Below are positions 15,837-23,921 of a stretch of 28,790 bases of DNA, in pieces; within the stretch, counting starts at the first letter, position 1, and each line of letters begins with the position of its first letter. The DNA is from Candidatus Methylomirabilales bacterium (lineage in GTDB: Bacteria > Methylomirabilota > Methylomirabilia > Methylomirabilales > CSP1-5). Made by a program: the position numbers and the translations under genes. The stretch covers positions 1 through 28,790 of the forward strand of contig JBHIAH010000025.1 in NCBI GenBank assembly GCA_046758505.1, in the 5' to 3' direction. Below the pieces are notes generated by a model. It searched no databases and was not told the DNA's origin. It saw only the letters and a program-made list of their open reading frames with translations.

Positions 15837-18236
15837 ATGAAGGTGAGCTTCAATTGGCTGCGGGAGCTCGTCGAGATTCCTCTGAGCCCCCCGGAGCTGG
15901 CCGAGCGCCTCACCATGGCTGGCATCGAGGTGGAGAGCGTCGAAGAGATCCGCCCCGCCTTCGAAAAAGTGGTCGTAGGGCGCATTACGGCCGTCCATTC
16001 TCCTCCGCTGGGGGAGGGGCTCCGCCTCTGTCATGTCGATGTGGGAGGATCGGTCCTCCCGATCGTCTGTGGCGCCCAAAACGCCTCCGCCGGTGCCCGG
16101 GTTCCCGTGGCCCTGGCGGGGGCGCACCTGGCGAACGGACGGCAGATCCAGGAGGCATTGATCCGGGGGGAGCGATCGGCCGGAATGCTTTGCTCTGAAG
16201 CGGAGTTAGGGCTTGGAGAGGATTCCACAGGCATCCTCATTCTCGACGAGGATGCGACGCCGGGGGTCGATCTCGCCCAGGCCTTGAGGCTTCATGATCA
16301 CCTCTTCGAGGTTGCCATCACCCCGAATCGGGGGGACTGTCTCTCCCACTGGGGGATCGCCAGGGAGGTGGCTGCCCTGACGGGGGGGACCCTTCGTCTC
16401 AAATCGACCAGGCCCCGGGAGGCAGCAACCCCGATCCAGCGCCTCACCTCGGTGGCTGTCCAGGCACGCGATCTCTGCCCCCGGTACGCCGCCCGGGTGA
16501 TTCAGGGGGTGCGTATCGGTCCCTCCCCGTACGGGCTCAGGCGGCGACTTGAGCTCTTAGGGCTCCGCTCCATCAATAACGTGGTCGATGCCACAAACTA
16601 TGTCCTCTTGGAGATGGGTCAGCCCCTTCATGCCTTCGACCATGGGCGGCTCGAGGAAGGACGGATCGTGGTGCGGAGGGCGGGGACAGGGGAGCGGATC
16701 GTGACGCTGGACGGCCTGGAACGCACCCTTCAGCCGGGGATGCTGGTGATCGCCGATGCGGTGAGGCCGGTCGCCGTCGCCGGGGTCATGGGAGGTGCCG
16801 CAACAGAGGTGACGGGCGAGACCCAAGGTCTCCTCTTGGAGAGCGCCCTGTTCGAGCCGGTCAGCGTCCGTCGAACCGCCAAGGCCCTGGGGCTCAATAC
16901 CGAGGCCGCGTATCGGTTCGAGCGGGGGGTCGATCCGGGCGGGGTCGTCCGGGCGCTGGACCGGGTGGCCCAGCTCATCGCTGAGCTCGCCGGGGGGCGG
17001 GTGGCCCGGGGCCTTATCGACCGCCAGGGCAAACGACGGGGGCCCGCGCCCGTCGTACTCCGCATCGAGCGGGTCGGGCAGATCTTGGGCACGGGCATCA
17101 GTCGGGCGGAGATCAGTGGGTTGCTCAAGGGGATCCGGTGCCGGGTGACGCGCCACGGGACGACGAGCCTCGCGGTCTCGGCCCCGAGCCACCGCCTGGA
17201 TCTCAGCCGGGAGATCGACCTGGTTGAGGAGGTGGCCCGCCTGAGAGGCTTTGATCAGATCCCCACGACCCGCCCGATGGGGGAGGTTCGACCGGCGCGG
17301 CTGACCCCCTTTGAGGGGATAGAACGGGAGATGCGTCGACTGCTCAGCGCTTGGGGCTTCCAAGAGACGGTCAATTTTAGCTTTACACGCACAGAACTTC
17401 TTGATAAATTGCGGCTGGCAGTAGATGACCCCCGGCGTGCAGTGGTACAGATTCGCAACCCGTTAGGGGGGGAGGCAGCTTTACGGAGTTTTCTCCTGCC
17501 CTCTCTCCTTGAGAATCTGGTTTTAAACGAAAGTCGGGGGGGCCGGGATATACAGCTCTTTGAAATCGCCCGGATTTTTCGCCCCCGGCCCGGGGGAGCT
17601 GAACCCGTCGAAGGTCGAAGAGCAGCACTCCTTGCCACAGGCGATTGGCATCCCGCGTGGTGGGGCACGACGGGGAAGAGGGTCGACTTTTACGATCTGA
17701 AAGGGATCCTGGAGGCCCTCGAGGGGATCCTTGGTGCTTCCATACCTCTCAGGGCGGGGGCGGAAATTCCGTATCTGCATCCCGGCCGGCAGGCATCACT
17801 GACGGTCGGGGGGCAGATGGCGGGGTGGATCGGTGAGCTCCATCCGGACGTGGTCCGGAATTTCGATCTCAAAACGGGTGGTGTCGCGATGGAGATCGAT
17901 CTGGAGCTCCTCGACCGGCATCGGAAGCCGGCGGCGAGGTACAGCCCGCTGCCCAGGTATCCTGCGGTCTTCCGGGACATGGCGGTGGTTGTCCCGGAGA
18001 GTGTGCCGGCCGCAGCGGTGGAGGCAGCCATCCGCCGGACGGGGGGGGTACTGGTGGAGGCGGTGGGGCTCTTCGATGTGTATCGGGGGGAGCCGGTTCC
18101 TGAAGGAAAAAAGAGTCTGGCGTTTTCCATCGAGTATCGATCCGCGGATCGGACCCTCACCGACGAGGAAGTCACAACGGTTCACGGAGCGATCCAACAG
18201 ACGGTAACGAGGGAGTTGGGGGGCGCCCTGCGATGA
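15837..18236 (+). CDS. pheT: Phenylalanine--tRNA ligase beta subunit
   Basis: MKVSFNWLRE, IVCGA.N, GMLCS..ELG, ITPNRGDCLS, INNVVDATNY..LE.GQPLHAFD, RFERGVD, DLVEEVAR..G, FDX-ACB C-terminus (GKKSLAF...RTLTDEEV). Confidence 0.98.
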   Translation: MKVSFNWLRELVEIPLSPPELAERLTMAGIEVESVEEIRPAFEKVVVGRITAVHSPPLGEGLRLCHVDVGGSVLPIVCGAQNASAGARVPVALAGAHLANGRQIQEALIRGERSAGMLCSEAELGLGEDSTGILILDEDATPGVDLAQALRLHDHLFEVAITPNRGDCLSHWGIAREVAALTGGTLRLKSTRPREAATPIQRLTSVAVQARDLCPRYAARVIQGVRIGPSPYGLRRRLELLGLRSINNVVDATNYVLLEMGQPLHAFDHGRLEEGRIVVRRAGTGERIVTLDGLERTLQPGMLVIADAVRPVAVAGVMGGAATEVTGETQGLLLESALFEPVSVRRTAKALGLNTEAAYRFERGVDPGGVVRALDRVAQLIAELAGGRVARGLIDRQGKRRGPAPVVLRIERVGQILGTGISRAEISGLLKGIRCRVTRHGTTSLAVSAPSHRLDLSREIDLVEEVARLRGFDQIPTTRPMGEVRPARLTPFEGIEREMRRLLSAWGFQETVNFSFTRTELLDKLRLAVDDPRRAVVQIRNPLGGEAALRSFLLPSLLENLVLNESRGGRDIQLFEIARIFRPRPGGAEPVEGRRAALLATGDWHPAWWGTTGKRVDFYDLKGILEALEGILGASIPLRAGAEIPYLHPGRQASLTVGGQMAGWIGELHPDVVRNFDLKTGGVAMEIDLELLDRHRKPAARYSPLPRYPAVFRDMAVVVPESVPAAAVEAAIRRTGGVLVEAVGLFDVYRGEPVPEGKKSLAFSIEYRSADRTLTDEEVTTVHGAIQQTVTRELGGALR
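17382..17410 (+). promoter_or_regulatory. Candidate internal sigma70 promoter within pheT
   Basis: TTTACA-N17-TAAATT with an extended -10 TG (17402-17403), in a locally AT-rich patch. Confidence 0.45.
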
Positions 18237-18496
18237 TCCTCGAAAGGCTTCACGACCTGGAAGGGAAGGTCCGGGAAGTGGTCTCGCTGCTCCATCAGTG
18301 TGAATCGGAGAAGCAGGCGGTGGAGAGTCGGGTGGGAGCTTTGGAGGAGGACCTGAAGAAGGCGCAGACGGAGACGACGACGCTCAAAAAGACTGTCGAG
18401 CGACTGGAGACAGAGCGGCAAGAGATCCGGGGCCGGGTGGATGAGCTTCTCGGGGAGGTGTCCCGGGTGGAGGCCACGCTGCAAGAGCGGAGATGA
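18233..18496 (+). CDS. zapB: ZapB-like coiled-coil cell division protein
   Basis: 87-aa heptad coiled coil (LE.KV..VV..L...; E...IR.RVD.LL); ATGA overlaps with pheT and zapA; conserved position upstream of zapA. Confidence 0.7.
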   Translation: MILERLHDLEGKVREVVSLLHQCESEKQAVESRVGALEEDLKKAQTETTTLKKTVERLETERQEIRGRVDELLGEVSRVEATLQERR

Positions 18497-18816
18497 CCGA
18501 TCAGGGCGATCTCGTGCAGGTAGAAATTTTTGGTGAGCGGTACACCCTGCGGGGGCTTGGGGGGGAAGATTCTGCGTACACGCAACGGGTTGCCCAGTAC
18601 GTTGATCAGCAGATCCACGAAGTGGCGGGCGGGACGGCCGTCCTTTCGGTCAAACTGGCGGTCCTGGCCTCCCTGAACATTGCGGATGATTTTCTGAAAC
18701 TGGACGGGTGGGTGAAGAAGGAGGAGACCGCAGCGGCGGCAAAGATCCAAGAGCTGGAAGCGGAGCTGGATGAAGTGATCGCGCGGAAGCCCTCGGCTGG
18801 AGGGCCTGTACAGTGA
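18493..18816 (+). CDS. zapA: Cell division protein ZapA
   Basis: V.VEIFG..Y.L, Y..RVA.YVD..I, LAVLASLNIADD motif; followed by 6S RNA. Confidence 0.93.
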   Translation: MTDQGDLVQVEIFGERYTLRGLGGEDSAYTQRVAQYVDQQIHEVAGGTAVLSVKLAVLASLNIADDFLKLDGWVKKEETAAAAKIQELEAELDEVIARKPSAGGPVQ

Positions 18817-18824
18817 TGATCGAG

Positions 18825-19032
18825 ACCCCCTGCCGTGTTCGTGATGGGGTAGGTTTCCTTGAGCCATTGGAGAACGACCGGGAGCCCTTACAATTGCGTC
18901 GTGTGCACGCCCCGAGCCTGGCAAAGGGGCATACCCCGAGCCTGTCGAGGGGAAGCCTGAAGCGCATGCGGGGCACCCACCTGCGAGGACAGGTTCATAA
19001 GGAAACCCCCACACGGCACCGAGGTGGGGGGT
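18825..19032 (+). ncRNA. ssrS: 6S RNA
   Basis: Canonical zapA-6S-5FCL synteny. Rod fold ACCCCCTGCCGTGT/ACACGGCA..GGGGGGT, GGTTTCCTT/AAGGAAACC, TGAGCC/GGTTCA; GGGAGCC and GGCACCCACCT flank the central bubble. Ends approximate. Confidence 0.88.
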
Positions 19033-19042
19033 TTTTGTTTTT
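19003..19042 (+). terminator. Terminator-like hairpin overlapping the 6S RNA 3' end
   Basis: AAACCCCCAC...GTGGGGGGTTT followed by TTGTTTTT. Confidence 0.55.
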
Positions 19043-19143
19043 CCGCTTCCACGCCGCCCTCCCCAATCCTGGGTCCCCGCCGGCCTGACCGGCCGTCACG
19101 GGGTCCGCTTCTCCTCCCCGCCTACCGGGCCTGGACCCGGCCT

Positions 19144-19749
19144 ATGACTTCGAAAGGTGCTGTGCGTACAGAGATGCGTCGGCTGAGGCAAGGGCTTGCC
19201 CCTGCCGATCGTGCGGAGCGGAGCCGTCGGATTACGGAGCGGCTCTGGAACCTCGACGTCTTTGTACGCGCGCGGTGTGTTCTCTTCTATGCCGCCGGAG
19301 GGGGTGAGGTGGAAACGCTCCCGCTTCTCGAGCGATGGATCGAGGGGGGACGGAAAGTCATCCTCCCTCGGGTGGAAGGAGACGCCATGACCTTGGTGGA
19401 GGTGAACGGGCTCGAAGACCTGAGCTCAGGGTACCGGGGACTCCTCGAGCCCGGATCCGACAGGGGACGGGTGGTCCCCTCGGAGACTATCGAGGTGGCG
19501 TTGGTACCGGGGTTGGCCTTTGACCTGCGGGGCAATCGGTTGGGCCGCGGGGGTGGACACTACGATCGAGCCCTTGCCGGGCTCGGCCGGACGTCCCTCA
19601 AGATCGGCCTGGCCTATGATTTTCAGGTGGTGGACCGTCTTCCCGTGGAGGCGCGCGACGTTCCGGTCGATCTCGTGGTAACCGAGACCCGGATCATCAA
19701 CGCGGGAAAGGCGAAAACGGGTCCCACGGCGGGACCCCTGAGGAGGTGA
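19144..19749 (+). CDS. 5-formyltetrahydrofolate cyclo-ligase
   Basis: K..VR..M...R N-terminus, [43 protein letters not shown]. Start placed at ATG 19144. Confidence 0.95.
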   Translation: MTSKGAVRTEMRRLRQGLAPADRAERSRRITERLWNLDVFVRARCVLFYAAGGGEVETLPLLERWIEGGRKVILPRVEGDAMTLVEVNGLEDLSSGYRGLLEPGSDRGRVVPSETIEVALVPGLAFDLRGNRLGRGGGHYDRALAGLGRTSLKIGLAYDFQVVDRLPVEARDVPVDLVVTETRIINAGKAKTGPTAGPLRR

Positions 19750-19756
19750 GGGAACC

Positions 19757-21322
19757 GTGGAGATCACGGGTGGAAGCTGGCTCATCGTGATTGGTGTCGC
19801 CATCGTCTCCCTCGCCGTGGGCTTTGTGGCCCGGAGCATCCTGGCACGCTACCGGATTGCCGGGGCCGAGGAGCGGGCCCGAGCGATCGTGGCAGACGCC
19901 GGGAAAGAGGGTGAACGAAGGCGGAAGGAGGCGGAGCTCGAGCTCAAGGACATGATCTTCCGGGCCAAGGCGGACCTGGAAAACGAGGCCCGGGAACGTC
20001 GCGGCGAACTCCAGGGCTTGGAACGGCGCCTCCTCCAGCGGGAGGAGTCCCTGGAGCGAAAACTGGATCTCTTGGATCGTCGGGAGCAGCATATCGGTGG
20101 GAAGGAAACGGAACTCGACCGGCGCGAGGAGTCACTTCGCGACAGTGAACGGAAGGTCCAGGCGTTGCTCGCGGAAGAGCGGCAGAACCTCGAACGTATT
20201 TCCGGGATGACCGCAGAGGAGGCCAAGCGGGTCCTCATACGGCACATGGAGGGTGAGGCCCGGCTGGAAGCCATGGCCCTCATCAGGCGCGTGGAGGATG
20301 AGGCGAAGGAAACGGCGGACCGAAAGGCCAAAGAGATCTTGGCCATCGCCATCGATCGGTGCGCCTCCGACTTCGTCGCCGAGGCCACGGTTTCGGTGGT
20401 GGATCTGCCCAGTGATGATATGAAGGGCCGGATCATTGGCCGGGAGGGGCGGAACATCCGTGCCTTCGAGAAGGCAACCGGGATTGATGTCATCGTCGAC
20501 GATACACCGGAGGCGGTGATCCTCTCGGGCTTCGATTCGGTCCGGCGCGAAGTGGCGCGGATCGCCATGGAGCGGCTCATTGTCGACGGCCGCATCCATC
20601 CAGCCCGGATCGAAGAAGTGGTGGAAAAGGTGAAGAAGGAAATTGACGAGAAGATTCGGGAAGCGGGTGAGCAGGTCACCTTCGAGCTGGGGGTGACGGG
20701 ACTGCACGCGGAGCTGGTCCGGCTGATCGGCCGCCTCCGGTACCGGACAAGTTACTCCCAGAATCAGCTTCACCACACGAGGGAGGTGGCGCAGTTGGCG
20801 GCTATGGTCGCCACCGAGATGGGATTAGACCCTGCCCTGGTGAAGCGGGCCGCGCTCCTGCATGATATCGGCAAATCGGTGGATGGCTATCATGAGGGGA
20901 CGCACACCCAGATTGCCGCGGAGTTTGCCAAAAAATACGGGGAACATCCCCATGTCGTGAATGCGATCGCCGCCCACCATGAGGATGAGGAACCGAACTG
21001 CCTTGAGGCGATCATCCTTCAGGCGGCGGATTCCCTCTCTGCCGCCCGCCCTGGGGCCCGTCGAGAGATCTTGGAGTCATACGTCAAGCGCCTGGAAAAG
21101 CTGGAAAAAATTGCTGACTCCTTTAAGGGGGTCTCCAAGTCCTACGCGGTGCAGGCCGGCCGGGAGATTCGGATCATCGTGGAAAGCGGCCATGTCACCG
21201 ATACCGATGCCCAGCAGATGGCCCGGGACATCGCCAGGCGGATCGAGCAGGAGTTGGAGTACCCCGGCCACGTGAAAGTCACGGTGATCCGAGAGACTCG
21301 GGCCGTCGAGTACGCCAAATGA
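19757..21322 (+). CDS. rny: Ribonuclease Y
   Basis: N-terminal TM, coiled coil, KH ([14 protein letters not shown]), HD (LLHDIGK), [24 protein letters not shown]. Confidence 0.98.
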   Translation: MEITGGSWLIVIGVAIVSLAVGFVARSILARYRIAGAEERARAIVADAGKEGERRRKEAELELKDMIFRAKADLENEARERRGELQGLERRLLQREESLERKLDLLDRREQHIGGKETELDRREESLRDSERKVQALLAEERQNLERISGMTAEEAKRVLIRHMEGEARLEAMALIRRVEDEAKETADRKAKEILAIAIDRCASDFVAEATVSVVDLPSDDMKGRIIGREGRNIRAFEKATGIDVIVDDTPEAVILSGFDSVRREVARIAMERLIVDGRIHPARIEEVVEKVKKEIDEKIREAGEQVTFELGVTGLHAELVRLIGRLRYRTSYSQNQLHHTREVAQLAAMVATEMGLDPALVKRAALLHDIGKSVDGYHEGTHTQIAAEFAKKYGEHPHVVNAIAAHHEDEEPNCLEAIILQAADSLSAARPGARREILESYVKRLEKLEKIADSFKGVSKSYAVQAGREIRIIVESGHVTDTDAQQMARDIARRIEQELEYPGHVKVTVIRETRAVEYAK

Positions 21323-21426
21323 GACCAGAAACGGGAGACTGGAGGCCCGCGGCGGCCACAGGTACATTGCGTAGTCCATCTCTCCGGTGACCGGTCTCTG
21401 GTCTGAGGTCTCAGGACTGAGGTCTG
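21321..21426. repeat. Heptamer-repeat palindrome, GAGACCA/TGGTCTC family
   Basis: GAGACCA GAAACGG GAGACTG GAGGCCC (21321-21348), then CGGTGAC CGGTCTC TGGTCTG AGGTCTC AGGACTG AGGTCTG (21385-21426). Confidence 0.8.
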
Positions 21427-21427
21427 C

Positions 21428-22222
21428 ATGAAAGTCCTGTTCATTGGGGACATCGTCGGAAAGCCGGGGCGAGAGGCGGTCATTGCCCATCTGTCGGGCC
21501 TTCAGCGGGAGTACGGGATTGTCCTGACGATTGCGAATGCCGAGAATGCGGCCGGTGGATTTGGCCTGACTCCCTCGATAGCCGAGGAACTGTTTCGAGC
21601 AGGCATTGATCTGTTGACCTCGGGCAACCATATCTGGGACAAAAAAGAGGCAGAGCTCTACATCGCCGCCGAGCGGCGTCTCCTCCGTCCCGCCAACTAT
21701 CCGGAGCCCGTCCCGGGTCACGGGGTGGCGCTGTGGGAGCAGGGAGCGCAGCGCGTCGGCGTGGTGAATTTGCAGGGCCGGGTCTTCATGCCGAGCATTG
21801 ACTGCCCCTTTCGGGTCGGGGAGCAAAAGATCGCCCTCCTCAAGGAGGCGACCGACCTCATCATCGTCGACTTCCATGCCGAGGCCACCTCGGAGAAGCA
21901 GGCGTTTGCCCGGTTCGTCGACGGTCGGGTTTCGGCCGTGGTGGGAACCCACACCCATGTCCAGACCGCCGACGAGCAAATCCTGCCTGCCGGCACCGCC
22001 TATATCTCCGATGTGGGGATGACAGGCGCCAGCGATTCGGTCATCGGGATGGAGTCCTCCGACGTCATCCATCGCTTTCTCACCCAGACACCCTCCAAGT
22101 TCCGGGTGGCAAAGGGGACGCCGATCCTGTCGGCGGTCGTCCTGCATCTCGAGGAGGAAAGTGGCAGGGTGAAGGCCATCACTCGGCTCCAGCGTCGCGA
22201 CACCGACGGAGAGGCGCGGTAG
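21428..22222 (+). CDS. ymdB: YmdB-family (TIGR00282) metallophosphoesterase
   Basis: GDIVG, NAENAAGGFG, GNH, RPANYP, DFHAEATSEK, GTHTHV, DVGMTG; follows rny as usual. Confidence 0.95.
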   Translation: MKVLFIGDIVGKPGREAVIAHLSGLQREYGIVLTIANAENAAGGFGLTPSIAEELFRAGIDLLTSGNHIWDKKEAELYIAAERRLLRPANYPEPVPGHGVALWEQGAQRVGVVNLQGRVFMPSIDCPFRVGEQKIALLKEATDLIIVDFHAEATSEKQAFARFVDGRVSAVVGTHTHVQTADEQILPAGTAYISDVGMTGASDSVIGMESSDVIHRFLTQTPSKFRVAKGTPILSAVVLHLEEESGRVKAITRLQRRDTDGEAR

Positions 22223-22230
22223 GGGGAAGG

Positions 22231-23097
22231 ATGCCGGCCCAGGTGGTGGACGGAAGAGCGATTGCTGCCGACATCCGCCGAGAGGTGCGGGGTGAGGTGC
22301 GGGCCTTGTCCGGGGCGCAGGGCCGCCCGCCCGGCCTGGCGGTGATCCTCGTGGGAGAAGATCCCGCCTCGGCAACCTATGTGCGGAATAAAGGGAAAGC
22401 GTGTGAGGAGGTAGGGATCAGATCGGTCCAGATTCAGCGTCCCGCCACCGTCTCGCGCGAGGAGTTGCTCGACATCCTGTATGGCCTAAACAAGGATGAA
22501 ACAATCGATGGGATCTTGGTTCAGCTTCCCCTCCCCCCCCACATCGGGGATCGGTCGGTTCTGGAGGCCGTGGACCCCGCCAAGGATGTGGACGGTTTTC
22601 ACCCGTCAAACCTGGGCGGGCTCCTCACGGGCCATCCCCTCTTTGTGGCCTCGACGCCGTTGGGGATCATGGAGGTCCTGGACCGTTTCCAGGTCGCCAT
22701 TGAGGGGAGAGATGCGGTCGTGGTGGGATGGAGCACCATCGTTGGGAAGCCAACCGCCTTCCTCCTGCTCGAGCGCCGGGCCACGGTGACGGTCTGCCAA
22801 AAATGGACGCGGGACCTCGATCGGCACACACGCCAGGCCGATATCCTCGTGGTGGCCGCGGGGAAGCCTGGCCTGGTGAAGGGCGACATGGTGAAGGAAG
22901 GGGCGGTCGTGATTGACGTCGGAATCAACCGAACTGAGGGAGGGGTGGTCGGGGATGTGGACTTTGCCTCGGTCTCCCCCAAGGTCTCCCTGATTAGCCC
23001 GGTCCCCGGCGGCGTCGGTCCCCTGACCGTCGCCATGCTGCTGAAGAACACCCTTGCCTCCTATAGGGCACGAATGTCGCTCCCGAAGCACCCGTGA
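22231..23097 (+). CDS. folD: Methylenetetrahydrofolate dehydrogenase/cyclohydrolase FolD
   Basis: PGLAVILVG..PAS..YV..K, GILVQLPLP, KDVDGFHP, VIDVGINR, GDVDF, PVPGGVGPLT. Confidence 0.96.
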   Translation: MPAQVVDGRAIAADIRREVRGEVRALSGAQGRPPGLAVILVGEDPASATYVRNKGKACEEVGIRSVQIQRPATVSREELLDILYGLNKDETIDGILVQLPLPPHIGDRSVLEAVDPAKDVDGFHPSNLGGLLTGHPLFVASTPLGIMEVLDRFQVAIEGRDAVVVGWSTIVGKPTAFLLLERRATVTVCQKWTRDLDRHTRQADILVVAAGKPGLVKGDMVKEGAVVIDVGINRTEGGVVGDVDFASVSPKVSLISPVPGGVGPLTVAMLLKNTLASYRARMSLPKHP

Positions 23098-23603
23098 GGT
23101 CGACCGTGGAGATCGTGGAGCACTGCATGCACGCCAATGAAGACTATGCCCGGACCTTTGGAGAGCAGGGGCAGATGGATAAGCACCCGGCCAAGCACCT
23201 GGCGGTGTTGGCCTGCATGGATTGTCGCATTGAGGTCGAGAAGATGCTCGGTCTCGCACCAGGCGATGCGCACATCCTTCGGAACGCCGGTGGGATTGTT
23301 ACCGACGACGTGATCCGCTCGTTGATCCTCTCGTACCGCTTCCTCGGGATTCGGGAGATTCTGGTGATCAACCATACGGGGTGTGGCCTCTTGGGTCTTT
23401 TTGATGACCAACTCCGGAAGGAACTCGCGCTGGAGACCGGGAAAGACACGAGTGCTTTACAGTTTCACGGTTTTCGGGACCTCGAGAACAACCTGGTCAG
23501 TCAAGTCCAGACGATCAAGGCATCTCCCTATATCCCGCACGAGATCGCCGTTCACGGTCTCATCTACGATGTCAAGACCGGGCGCCTCCGTAAGGTGGTG
23601 TAG
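23094..23603 (+). CDS. Beta-class carbonic anhydrase (clade D-like)
   Basis: CxDxR (ACMDCRI), RNAGG, HxxC (HTGCG), G.IYDV.TG.L; GTGA overlap with folD. Confidence 0.9.
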   Translation: MRSTVEIVEHCMHANEDYARTFGEQGQMDKHPAKHLAVLACMDCRIEVEKMLGLAPGDAHILRNAGGIVTDDVIRSLILSYRFLGIREILVINHTGCGLLGLFDDQLRKELALETGKDTSALQFHGFRDLENNLVSQVQTIKASPYIPHEIAVHGLIYDVKTGRLRKVV

Positions 23604-23848
23604 TGGCCGACGATCTGGCTTTGCTCGTCGAGGCGGAGGACTTCATCGAGGCCGACTTTATCGTCTCGCTGCTGCACGCCTACGATATCCCGTACCTGGT
23701 GAAGCGGGAGAACCCGTACGCCGTGGATGCCCGGTATACCATTGGACCGTTGGCGAGGCATCAGATCTTCGTGAAGGCGGCGGACGTGGAGCGGGCCAGA
23801 GAAATCCTGGAGGCAGAACCCGATCCGCGGGACATTCCGGGCGGCTGA
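23603..23848 (+). CDS. DUF2007-like small putative signal-transducing protein
   Basis: EA..I.SLL....IP..V..E...; I.V...D.ERA.EIL pattern; TAGTG overlap with the upstream gene. Confidence 0.7.
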   Translation: MADDLALLVEAEDFIEADFIVSLLHAYDIPYLVKRENPYAVDARYTIGPLARHQIFVKAADVERAREILEAEPDPRDIPGG

Positions 23849-23921
23849 GACCGGCCACGGTGAGCTGGTCCCCGTTGGGCGCGCGCCCCGTCACCAGGGG
23901 GGACGCCATCCTCCGGTGTGG

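Noticed and set aside
18813..19088. 91-aa ORF after zapA
   Set aside because: Coincides with the 6S RNA and its terminator.
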